Source of the DNA: a virus
Virus record (IMG/VR): IMGVR_UViG_3300018079_000006
Length of the DNA: 50,046 nucleotides
Direction: 5' to 3' (one strand)
Both the position numbers and the translations under genes were made by a program. This document shows, piece by piece, positions 20,201 to 27,826 of the stretch. Numbering within the stretch: the stretch's first letter is position 1; each line of letters begins with the position of its first letter. The notes beneath the pieces were generated by a model. That model was not told where the DNA came from. It ran no database searches and saw nothing but the letters and a program-made list of their open reading frames with translations.

Positions 20201-23200
20201 AAAGATCCAAGATACAACATGCCGGATAGAATGACTGGCGCCCAACTTCGAGAAGCATACGACCCCAAGGTTAAGTACGATGGGATCGAATGGCGCAAGA
20301 GCCACGGCAGCAAGGAAGAGTTCGCCAAGAAGCTGACTGAAGAGGGCCAGAAGCGCCCAATCCGCTTGGCGTACGACCCCGAGGACGGCCAGTACTTCAT
20401 CTTCGATGGGCACCATCGAGTTGAAGCTCTTGATCCCAGTGTCGAGTACGACGTGGAGTGGATTCCCGAACCTGCTTGGGTTGACGATGCCCAGGGATTC
20501 ATCAACCAGGTTGATGCAGAACTGACACCACTCCCCCGAGTTTCGAAGGCGCTCGGCGTTGGCGACGAGATCAAAAAGATGCATGTCGGCGACTTTGTTG
20601 AGCGTCCTGACATCGAGCCATCCGCCAACATCCGTACCCTGGTGGCGGGCTTCGGTGTGCCGGAGGAGCATCTCGACCTCATCGACAACTTTGCCCAGTC
20701 TGAGGCGGTGGACCCGAAGTGGGGGCAGATCCTCGGAAATAAGCAGATCGGCGAGTTGGACGAGGCGACGGACATCGCGTATTGGCAAGAGAAGCTGGGC
20801 TCAATCGACGCCTGGCACCGCTCGCGGTTCGAGGGCGATCCGGACTTCGACGAGTTCATGAAGCGCTCCCCGGAAATGGATCCCGGGCAGAAGGAGGACC
20901 TCGCGACCGAGCTGTTCGGCGACCCGCTTGACGGTGGCTGGAACAAGGTTTTGCCATCAGACTACCTGGAGATCATGGGTCCTGGAGCATTGGATGCCGA
21001 GATGGCTGCGATGGATGAGTTCATCGGCCGCTCGCTCGGGAAGATCCCGGAGAGCGATCCGCGCTTTAGGGACATAGTAGGAAAGGTCTTTACTCAGGAA
21101 GAATCCCAATACAACTCCGAGGGGATAGACAAGCTGATCAAAGACTTGCGGGAAGACCCACAGGCACGCGAGATCATCAATAAGGGTTCCAATGCTTACC
21201 CACGTAAGCAAGCTGTTGCCGCCTTGAAAAATCCCGTTGTGATCAATGAAGATGCCGCGGCTATGATCAAACGTGGCAAGCGCCCGGTCGATACGACTAC
21301 GGCAGGCGGGATGGATATTGCAGAGCAGGCTGACGAGTACGTCGCCAAGACAATGGAAATGTTCAACGAGAAGTGGGATCCGCAGATTCGCGCGATCCTC
21401 GATAATCCCAAGTTCGACGAAATGGATGAGCAAGTCCAGGAAATGCTAAAAGACCTAGGACTCGCCCCTGAAGGCATGACTCGGGAGATGGCGCGAATTG
21501 CACTGGAGTCGCAAGACGAGATTGCCGCCCGTCTGAAGACTCAGTTCTTAGAAGAAGCGGGCCACGATGGCGTTATTCATGTCAAGGACGGCAAGCAGCG
21601 CGTGGTAGTCTTTGAGAAGGGGCTACAAACGGGCGACAGAGCCCCGATCTGGGAGCTGACGAATGACGCCCCTATTTACGGCCCCGAGCAGGGCTACTTC
21701 CACCGCAGGATGACCTCAGAAGTTCACGAACTATTAGAGGGTAAGCCGGGTACGATTGAGCGCCGAGCCCCCCGCGACTGGGATGCTCATTTTGAGCGCC
21801 AGACAAAGGACATGAACTTTGGGGAGGCTGACAATCATATTCGCAAGATGCTGCGTGAGATGGATCTAGAAGTCCCTGATGATATGCGGATGTTGGATGT
21901 GGACGTGCCCGCTAACCTAGCCGCCTACGTTGACGGCATGGCTAACGATGTGGGCAACATCTACCTCGGTAGGCAGACTAGAAGGTTGCAACAGATGGGC
22001 TTGTCCCGCTCTCCGTTTACTTCCAGATTCCTCGGCCCGCGGTATGAGGCGGCTCCCTCCGCTGCGTATATGAACAGCGGCAAATGGCTTTCTCAGCAGT
22101 CCGAGAAATTCTGGCAGCTAGCTCAGAAGATGGCCAGGCACCAGACCAAGGTTGCCAAGGTTGCCCAAAAGGATATGCGTCGAATTGAGACCACGCTCGC
22201 AGGTCTGAACGAGCGAATTCAGAGTGCGATCGACCGCGAAGTTAATACAGTGCAGTGGCTTCAAGAGCATAGGGGCTTGCCGGAGGATATCGCCTCGGCC
22301 CGAAAGGCTGCCGCCACGCCAGAAAACCTTCGCCCGGGGTTGGTCAAGCAACTTCAAGGACGCGAAGCTGAATTGGATCGGCTAAGACAAAAAGCCGATT
22401 GGCAAACTAATGCAATGAAGGAGGCGGCGGAGGAGTGGAATAGAATCCAGTTCTCCGCGCAGGCCAGGGTTGCTGATCCCAAGGTCGCTTTGCGAATTGG
22501 AGATCCCGAACACGTCGGTATGGGCAAGGTCATGGTCCCGGGACTTGAGGATGTCTACATGCCCGCGACTATGGCGGACGAATTCAACTATGCTGCCAGG
22601 GGCTTCAAGAGTTTGAATGAATTCCAGAAAGTCTGGCGCCGCTACCTTTCTTGGTGGAAGGAATGGGCGACGTGGGCATGGCCCGGCTTCCACATCCGTA
22701 ACATGATGGGCGGCTGGTTCAATAACTGGCTTGGTGGAGTTCAAATCGAAGACTATGTAGAGATCGGCAGGGCTATGCGTGCCCGCCGGGAGGTGGAGAC
22801 TGGTGCTGCAAAACCAAAATGGTCAAGTACCAAGCTCCCCAGAGAGTTTATCAACAAGCACGGTCTGGGGGATTACTACTTTGGGCTCGATCCGACTTAC
22901 GCCGACCTCGCCGTCTTGCTTACCAACAACGGGATCAATGCCGGTAACAGCCAGACGTTCGGCGCGGCCAGAATCGGTTCTGAGCTACTAGACAAGGAGA
23001 TGGCAAAGCCTGCTGACTCTCCCTGGACGATCGTCGATACCGCGTTCCGCAAGAATGTTAAGGCCGGTAAGCCTGGTCGAATCATCGCCAAGAAACTACG
23101 CGGAACCGGCGAGCTTACTGAGAATATGCTTCGCGGGGCGGCCTTCCTTCAGGGGCTCAAGCAGACCGACGGCGACATGATGGGCGCCCACACGTTCACA

Positions 23201-24037
23201 ATGATGCGCCACGGTGATTATGGGGACCTGTCTGACTGGGAATACGGTGCGATCCGCGATGTCGTTCCCTTCTATAAGTGGATGCGAACTAACACGCCCC
23301 TCCAGATCCACACTCTGTTCGAGAATCCCGGCAAGTTGATGGGTGTCCTGCACGCTAAGGATGCCTTCTACACGGCGACCGGGATCGACCAGGAGGATGT
23401 GAGGAGCAAATTGCCGGAGTGGGCACAGGAAGGCTTTTCGATCCCGACACTGGGTAGTACTGAAGACGCGATCAACCTTGTCGCTGCCGACCTGCCGATG
23501 AATGACTTGTACCAAGGCGCGGGAGAATTGTTCTCAAGCATCCTGCCCCTCGCCCGGCCTTTCCTTGAGAGCTACGTGACTGAGAAGAGCTTCTTCACCG
23601 GGAAGCCGATTGAGGGCGCGCCGGTCAAGGTTGCCTGGATTGATAACATTCCGTTTGTCGGTAAATTGCTGTCCGGAATCGGGATCGGACAGACAGGAGA
23701 GGACGGCGGGTATTACATCGACGACAAACTTCAGAACACGTTGGGCGTGATTCCGATTGTCGGACGATTCCGAGACTGGCTATATGAAGACCCGAAGCGG
23801 ACCAAGCTTCGAGGCTCGGCCTTGATATCGGCTGCATCTGGTGTCTCTTTTAGGACTTACGGTGAGGCAGAGTTCATGTCCGAAGAGCTGAACTTCTATT
23901 ACGGAACGGTGTTGCCGACGATGGACTACCTCAAGCAGCTGGGATACCCGCTGCCAACGACAGAAGACCTCAACGCAATGTATGGGGCAACTAACAATGT
24001 ACTCGCAGCGGCCGGTATCCCGGCGGGAGGTGCGTAA
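17297..24037 (+). CDS. Giant internal virion/ejection protein with GNAT-like and ParB-like segments
   Basis: 2,246 aa with TTG start after GGGAGAAG. Residues 829-862 read IVIQGVGLPEELRGRGLGKKMYHRLADEAEKRGG; residues 1020-1045 read RPIRLAYDPEDGQYFIFDGHHRVEAL. It occupies the gp16 position. Confidence 0.7.
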   Translation: MSTPLERMLPVPAGLPTPQGMPLPAPDPNTFGLGPLDAQSSLSAFLPQQLQIQTPGIVAAGDDWLTRMTTALGGSGNADPAETLLGANQQTDRALARIAQVNPELAEQLSVQRGEEPDSPGFFGRILQTVASSPLGKALEIITRPGRIIPEILTDGDESIWKNVGDALSGHSDATMGDWLEQMNIMQGDDLLSKIGRGVTSFGLDVAVDPLTYMTAGLGSVGRIGATRFGSMTAAKAVMYGEGLSTLDNIASTLGKKALNLADDAPWDQVRAKAFEHWWKTITDPRMGRSGKWGALADDLSVVHQDFIGGPLGMALHGADKAVALHALKVADEAHKVIGKFGLNRLGPKMAEQFGIPIDEMTKILQAQKIVGKFGTRAEYMQGRYAASLLGGVRFSLPGIRIITPAIWGTAKMDMSIARRFMSGLSGQYRIMRAVERKTLDPFLARQALEAATTGGWNGLKQAVPQVAQHFGGPGGRLGTAFASASWQIGGITRNLGSFALVRGGGLGTALSADARKTVRSIKATLQREALELANDVDLDDPKPLEDLANSGLKLDAVGDVSKRGTGRMSVPETQRTLHQLDRLVREKYPDDPTIVIRALESFPDYRAQQMGAERWYSERTGIIQRNKLPDDVIEQMLKTNEIRLSHAKQVELLMKESPEIGLAARIYRLAAKQTVKIHNEFGGHTANSTIRAGAEPVIHPANRQVVETGHVLQHGKTYVQRATRREGVGPGFELEDVVDTPFGRGYDLEEIDEFAPPVQPEAPGTKGAPEGPEGPRGGPERPSPESPELPPIEIDIEGNSVRIDFEGYDNAASGRAGLDAEIDESGNIVIQGVGLPEELRGRGLGKKMYHRLADEAEKRGGVLMSDVTLSGDAQELWRSLAKRSPNLVEPPDFDKTFNWVMDASKPAAKDQGAKADAFLKNIEDETQKMLDGIELDDVRELDDITDAATQGEEAFAAIQKQLDLVAKKDPRYNMPDRMTGAQLREAYDPKVKYDGIEWRKSHGSKEEFAKKLTEEGQKRPIRLAYDPEDGQYFIFDGHHRVEALDPSVEYDVEWIPEPAWVDDAQGFINQVDAELTPLPRVSKALGVGDEIKKMHVGDFVERPDIEPSANIRTLVAGFGVPEEHLDLIDNFAQSEAVDPKWGQILGNKQIGELDEATDIAYWQEKLGSIDAWHRSRFEGDPDFDEFMKRSPEMDPGQKEDLATELFGDPLDGGWNKVLPSDYLEIMGPGALDAEMAAMDEFIGRSLGKIPESDPRFRDIVGKVFTQEESQYNSEGIDKLIKDLREDPQAREIINKGSNAYPRKQAVAALKNPVVINEDAAAMIKRGKRPVDTTTAGGMDIAEQADEYVAKTMEMFNEKWDPQIRAILDNPKFDEMDEQVQEMLKDLGLAPEGMTREMARIALESQDEIAARLKTQFLEEAGHDGVIHVKDGKQRVVVFEKGLQTGDRAPIWELTNDAPIYGPEQGYFHRRMTSEVHELLEGKPGTIERRAPRDWDAHFERQTKDMNFGEADNHIRKMLREMDLEVPDDMRMLDVDVPANLAAYVDGMANDVGNIYLGRQTRRLQQMGLSRSPFTSRFLGPRYEAAPSAAYMNSGKWLSQQSEKFWQLAQKMARHQTKVAKVAQKDMRRIETTLAGLNERIQSAIDREVNTVQWLQEHRGLPEDIASARKAAATPENLRPGLVKQLQGREAELDRLRQKADWQTNAMKEAAEEWNRIQFSAQARVADPKVALRIGDPEHVGMGKVMVPGLEDVYMPATMADEFNYAARGFKSLNEFQKVWRRYLSWWKEWATWAWPGFHIRNMMGGWFNNWLGGVQIEDYVEIGRAMRARREVETGAAKPKWSSTKLPREFINKHGLGDYYFGLDPTYADLAVLLTNNGINAGNSQTFGAARIGSELLDKEMAKPADSPWTIVDTAFRKNVKAGKPGRIIAKKLRGTGELTENMLRGAAFLQGLKQTDGDMMGAHTFTMMRHGDYGDLSDWEYGAIRDVVPFYKWMRTNTPLQIHTLFENPGKLMGVLHAKDAFYTATGIDQEDVRSKLPEWAQEGFSIPTLGSTEDAINLVAADLPMNDLYQGAGELFSSILPLARPFLESYVTEKSFFTGKPIEGAPVKVAWIDNIPFVGKLLSGIGIGQTGEDGGYYIDDKLQNTLGVIPIVGRFRDWLYEDPKRTKLRGSALISAASGVSFRTYGEAEFMSEELNFYYGTVLPTMDYLKQLGYPLPTTEDLNAMYGATNNVLAAAGIPAGGA

Positions 24038-24675
24038 TGGCGTACTACAACAAGACGCAGTGGCGCGCGAGTGTCAACAATGGTGACATTCCCCGTGACC
24101 TCCTGGCTGAGGTATATCCCCAGCAGTATGATATTGACTTGCAAGGTCCTGCTATCGCCCATCCTGACGCAGCCTTGGCAATGTCAGACTTCCTCGCGGA
24201 AGCTAAGGCTCAGGGCATTCATATCTGGGTCAAGTACAGTTATCGTACGCTGTCAAAGCAGTGGGAGAAGTGGATCGACTACCAAAACGGGGGAAACCTG
24301 GCAGCTTACCCCGGCACCAGCAACCACGGTTGGGCTGTGGCATTTGACTTGAGTTGGAGTCAAGACAGTGATATTGCTTGGGCGCACCACAACGCGGAGA
24401 GATTTGGATTCAAATTTGACATACCGAGTGAATCGTGGCACATCACGTACCAAGGTGGCTACGCGGAGGAAGTAGACATGAACCTAGATGAATACGAGGA
24501 GGGCTGGGATGCGCAGCTTGCCGGTATCGCCTTTAAGGACTTCTGGACCAAGCACAAGAAAAGGGGTTTCAACGCCGCCAAGGTAGCAACCTCGCGCCCC
24601 AAGGCTGAGGAGCACTTTCACGTGGGACTAGCGCAACACCCGCACGTCCACGGACAAGATACTCCGGTGGCATAA
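24037..24675 (+). CDS. Endolysin, peptidase M15 (VanY/L-Ala-D-Glu peptidase-like)
   Basis: Motifs SYRTLSKQ, PGTSNHGWAVAFD (H-x6-D) and SESWH. Confidence 0.8.
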   Translation: MAYYNKTQWRASVNNGDIPRDLLAEVYPQQYDIDLQGPAIAHPDAALAMSDFLAEAKAQGIHIWVKYSYRTLSKQWEKWIDYQNGGNLAAYPGTSNHGWAVAFDLSWSQDSDIAWAHHNAERFGFKFDIPSESWHITYQGGYAEEVDMNLDEYEEGWDAQLAGIAFKDFWTKHKKRGFNAAKVATSRPKAEEHFHVGLAQHPHVHGQDTPVA

Positions 24676-25040
24676 TGAACAAAGACTCTGACGCAAATGG
24701 CAACTATCACGGCTCTGATGGACGCTTCGTAAGTCTGCGCGACTACTTCGAGCGAGTGTTTCAAGACCACGCTAGAGAGCACAGACAACTCGCGGAGGGT
24801 ATCCGCATAGCAAGTGTCGCCCAGGACAAGCGCCTAGACGCCATGAATGAATTCCGCTCAGCCCTGGTGGACCAAACTAACCGCGGGGTCACCCGTGAGC
24901 TATTCGACGCGAGAGTCGATGTGCTCTCCACGGCGATCGGTGTGCTGGAAAAGCGCATGGCGTATTACGCAGGTGGCGCGGCAGTTGTAGGCGCCCTTCT
25001 CGGCTACCTCGCACGAGTAATTACGACAGGCAATGCATAA
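24675..25040 (+). CDS. Lysis-cassette protein with C-terminal transmembrane anchor
   Basis: Helical N-terminal part and C-terminal YYAGGAAVVGALLGYLARVI; TAATG junctions. Confidence 0.5.
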   Translation: MNKDSDANGNYHGSDGRFVSLRDYFERVFQDHAREHRQLAEGIRIASVAQDKRLDAMNEFRSALVDQTNRGVTRELFDARVDVLSTAIGVLEKRMAYYAGGAAVVGALLGYLARVITTGNA

Positions 25041-25255
25041 TGAAGCTACACAACTGGCATACCATCGGATGGATCGTCATCACGATGCTGTTCGTCCTCT
25101 GGGAGGTCATCGGCCTGGCGAACAAAGCCGATGCCAACCAGCCGCTTACGTACTTCATCCGCAAGATCGCAGGAACATGGACATCTCCAATGTGGTACCT
25201 CGTGGCGGGGTTCCTCGTCTGGCTGATCATCCACTTCCTCTTCGTTCACGAGTAA
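25040..25255 (+). CDS. Holin-like two-TM protein
   Basis: 71 aa with hydrophobic spans IGWIVITMLFVLWEVIGL and WYLVAGFLVWLIIHFLF. Confidence 0.55.
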   Translation: MKLHNWHTIGWIVITMLFVLWEVIGLANKADANQPLTYFIRKIAGTWTSPMWYLVAGFLVWLIIHFLFVHE

Positions 25256-25267
25256 GGAGGTGAAATT

Positions 25268-25423
25268 ATGGATAATGGTATTCAAGGTTTCGAAGTGTTG
25301 TTCTTTGTTGCTACTGTCGCTGCGGCAGTTCCGGCAGTTACAGCCGCGCTGAAGAAGAAAATCGATTACCTTGCAGTCAGTCTGGCATCGTTCTTCGGGG
25401 CGTTTTTGCTGGCAGCCTGGTAA
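25268..25423 (+). CDS. Unlisted 51-aa two-TM membrane protein (holin/antiholin-like)
   Basis: AAGGAGGTGA SD before ATG. Translation is MDNGIQGFEVLFFVATVAAAVPAVTAALKKKIDYLAVSLASFFGAFLLAAW. It falls below the ORF-track length cutoff. Confidence 0.6.
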   Translation: MDNGIQGFEVLFFVATVAAAVPAVTAALKKKIDYLAVSLASFFGAFLLAAW

Positions 25424-25588
25424 GGCTATTTTACTAAATACTTACCAGATAAGACATAGCTAAAGCATTTGCCCAGGTCAGACGAGTAAGCACTACGAGT
25501 ACGTTTTGAAAAGTATGTAGTATTTTGACATTAATTCGACACCTCGTCTGATCAGTACAAACGCCCCCCGTTAGATAAATATAACTAA

Positions 25589-25613
25589 GTCTTATCATGT
25601 CTTATCATGTCTT
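25589..25613. repeat. Tandem repeat GTCTTATCAT x2.5 with an inverted copy at 25447-25457
   Basis: gtcttatcatgtcttatcatgtctt; the reverse complement agataagacat occurs at 25447-25457. Confidence 0.9.
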
Positions 25614-25635
25614 CCCCAGTCCTCCCCTGGGGAAA

Positions 25636-25672
25636 GCAAAAGCCCCCGGCCCAAAAGGCTCGGGGGCTTTGC
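25636..25672. terminator. Bidirectional terminator hairpin between the convergent arms
   Basis: AAAGCCCCCG (25639-25648) pairs with CGGGGGCTTT (25661-25670), with A/T runs on both sides. A second hairpin CCCCAG/CTGGGG lies at 25614-25632. Confidence 0.6.
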
Positions 25673-25693
25673 TGTGCAAAGAATATCGAATGG

Positions 25694-25966
25694 TTACAGA
25701 CGTATACCGCGCCACCATTCGCGTTCTTGGCGATTCATCTCTCGAACTACCCGGCGCTTCACGTCTCTGTTGTACTCCTGCCCTTCGCGGACTGGGATCT
25801 TCGTGAAACCATCCGCAAGGGCCTCAGCCACCCGCTTTCGGGTAGTTCGATCTTGGGACCAAACTAGAATCACCTCCGGCTGTTGGAGGAGCCAAGCTGT
25901 AAACTTGTCTAACAGCCGCTCGACAGCCAGTTCTGCCTCAACGCGTGAACCAATCTCCTGGGTCAT
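25694..25966 (-). CDS. Hypothetical protein
   Basis: 90 aa with a GGAGGAG SD and ATGA overlap with the upstream gene. Confidence 0.6.
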   Translation of the reverse strand: MTQEIGSRVEAELAVERLLDKFTAWLLQQPEVILVWSQDRTTRKRVAEALADGFTKIPVREGQEYNRDVKRRVVREMNRQEREWWRGIRL

Positions 25967-26163
25967 CGCTCCTCCGATTTCGTTGAATGCCGCCGGGCTA
26001 GTTCATTCTTGTTGCTCCCCCAACCGCACCAACAGTGATAGCACTCCAAGACGTCATCCCAGATCGCATGATGCCAACGCCGAATAGCACTCTTCCAGGG
26101 CGTCTTGCTCAGGATAGGCGCGTCGCCTTCGTAGGATTCCAAGATGAACGGATCAGTGTCCAT
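25963..26163 (-). CDS. Hypothetical Cys/His/Trp-rich protein
   Basis: Contains WHHAIWDDVLECYHCWCGWG; the start is uncertain (26163 or 26178). Confidence 0.5.
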   Translation of the reverse strand: MDTDPFILESYEGDAPILSKTPWKSAIRRWHHAIWDDVLECYHCWCGWGSNKNELARRHSTKSEER

Positions 26164-26335
26164 CTGCGAGTGCCTCAAATCTAGCCGGGTCGATGTCTTT
26201 CAACATGGCCTCCATTCCCTTCGTATGCCTTTTCCAACGCGGGCGGTCAACGGGGTCGAGGCCGGGCTTGTCATCTGCTGCCCGTTCCTTTCTTTCTTCT
26301 TCGCGCCTAGCATGAAGTTTCTTTCTCGTTACCAT
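26153..26335 (-). CDS. Hypothetical basic protein
   Basis: ATG 26335 overlaps the nuclease stop; the upstream ORF-track extension overlaps the nuclease coding frame. Confidence 0.5.
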   Translation of the reverse strand: MVTRKKLHARREEERKERAADDKPGLDPVDRPRWKRHTKGMEAMLKDIDPARFEALADGH

Positions 26336-27240
26336 TTGTATACCTTCCTCTTCGCGAGACACGTAGCGAATTTGCAGAACGGCCACCCAGGACAATCCCA
26401 AGTTTCATCGCCGCCCCAAAGGTCGTTGACTGTCCAGGTTACCCCGCCCGGTTCCACATACGGCTTCGGCCAATCCGGGTAGCTGTCGAGCGCATTCTTG
26501 AGCAAGTGCATTCGTGGCCGAATCGTGTGCAGGACTTCCTCGTCAGACCAGACCACCGGGAGGCGCACCCTTTTAGGCTTTCCGTTCTTGCCGATGACCT
26601 CGACCGATGCCTTGTGAACCATTACCTTGGGCCGCTTTGGGCCGATGAAAACAATGCCGACGCTTTCGACCGGGTAGTCCCGAGGATCAAATGGAAGGTC
26701 CTCGGGATCCCACCGCGTTGCATTGCGCGCGATAAAGGCGTTGATCATCAACTGCTCGGTCTGGTTGGAGTACAGGTAGCTCATCGGGATCGTGTTCTGA
26801 TCCGCCGGTACTTTGTAGTCCACGAGGTACTTCTCGGTCATCATATCCGGCTGGCCGCTGATTTCGATTCCGTCTACCTCCGTGAAGAATCGTACTTCGG
26901 AAATAGACCCGGGAGGTGAGGCAATTTCTAGCGTCCTGTGTATCAGCGTTCCCCGTAAGGCGGTCCACAAGTCGTTCAAATCTCCAATGTAATCTTCCTT
27001 GCGCTTGAGGACTTCCCCGCGGATACAGCTGGTGGTTAGTGCCGTCGTGCTGATTATATCCCCCCGGTCTTGCACGTTCTGGATAGCGGCGGCGGCCATC
27101 TCGTATGTCCAGTGGGATTCACCCAGTTCGTTTGACGCGAGCATTTGAAGAAGCTGCTCTTGCGTCATCCAGTTAGGGAGGTTGCCGGGATGCGGCAGAG
27201 CCTCTTTACCGGTTGGATCAATTACTCCGACTAGGGGCAC
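26329..27240 (-). CDS. PD-(D/E)XK nuclease, Cas4/RecB-like with Cys cluster
   Basis: Motifs GQPD...LVDYK; Cys in TTSCIRGE and C-terminal CPGWPFCKFATC; GTG start after GAGGAG. Confidence 0.7.
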   Translation of the reverse strand: MPLVGVIDPTGKEALPHPGNLPNWMTQEQLLQMLASNELGESHWTYEMAAAAIQNVQDRGDIISTTALTTSCIRGEVLKRKEDYIGDLNDLWTALRGTLIHRTLEIASPPGSISEVRFFTEVDGIEISGQPDMMTEKYLVDYKVPADQNTIPMSYLYSNQTEQLMINAFIARNATRWDPEDLPFDPRDYPVESVGIVFIGPKRPKVMVHKASVEVIGKNGKPKRVRLPVVWSDEEVLHTIRPRMHLLKNALDSYPDWPKPYVEPGGVTWTVNDLWGGDETWDCPGWPFCKFATCLAKRKVYKW

Positions 27241-27409
27241 TGTTATTCAACTCCTCTGCTCGTTGGTTAGCCAGTATATGAAACTTTGCCCGAGCCGCAA
27301 CCTTGTCTGCTGGATGACCCGCAGTAACTGCATCGGCAATGACTAGCAACAGATTGCGAATATCCAACAATACCCTATGGTTGTCGTCACGTTCAGTGAA
27401 CATCGACAT
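27218..27409 (-). CDS. Hypothetical protein
   Basis: First ATG in the frame; the ORF-track start is TTG; start is uncertain. Confidence 0.45.
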   Translation of the reverse strand: MSMFTERDDNHRVLLDIRNLLLVIADAVTAGHPADKVAARAKFHILANQRAEELNNSAPSRSN

Positions 27410-27584
27410 CTTGGGCACTCTTCGCTTCCTTAAGTTTGCCAATCAAGTCATCAAACGTTGCTTCGTTTTCTCTCGTCTGGCGCAAGATAGAGACCTTGCG
27501 AATCAGGTAGAAAGTACCCGAGATGAATGCCGTAGAAGCGACACTCCCGAAGAAAACACCTAAAGCGATCTCAATGATATTCAT
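27393..27584 (-). CDS. Small membrane protein
   Basis: N-terminal hydrophobic span IIEIALGVFFGSVASTAFISGTFYLI; ATGA overlap. Confidence 0.55.
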   Translation of the reverse strand: MNIIEIALGVFFGSVASTAFISGTFYLIRKVSILRQTRENEATFDDLIGKLKEAKSAQDVDVH

Positions 27585-27826
27585 AGGTATTGTCCTTCCC
27601 CTGGTTTGTACTCGCCCATCTGCTTCTCCTCTACGCCCAGCGTAGCTAGGGCCTGGACCCTACTCTCAAACGGGACGAAGGGCACGGGCGCGTGGACGCA
27701 GGTAACGCCCGCCTTCTTGTTGATCATCTGTGCACAGTGAATCGCCAGGTCAAGGCCGACGACCGGCCCAAAAGCCTGGTGCATCTGTGTGCAGACGATG
27801 ACATACAGTTCTGGGTTATCGGTCAT
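27581..27826 (-). CDS. Hypothetical protein
   Basis: ATG 27826 in ATGA overlap with the polymerase stop, with GGAGAGAGG upstream. Confidence 0.55.
   Translation of the reverse strand: MTDNPELYVIVCTQMHQAFGPVVGLDLAIHCAQMINKKAGVTCVHAPVPFVPFESRVQALATLGVEEKQMGEYKPGEGQYL

Noticed and set aside
20029-20946. 305-aa minus-strand ORF inside the giant virion gene
   Set aside because: It is Ser-rich low-complexity antisense translation, and the plus-strand frame carries recognisable motifs (DGHHR) across this exact interval.
17297-24037. Giant ORF as an N4-like virion RNA polymerase
   Set aside because: I could not find T7-like RNAP catalytic motifs in the translation. The recognisable modules are GNAT-like and ParB-like, and the gene order matches the T7 internal core region instead.
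25424-25693. CRISPR-like or attP-like interpretation of the short tandem repeat
   Set aside because: There are only 2.5 copies of a 10-bp unit with no spacers. No integrase is present in the genome, so an attachment site is unlikely.
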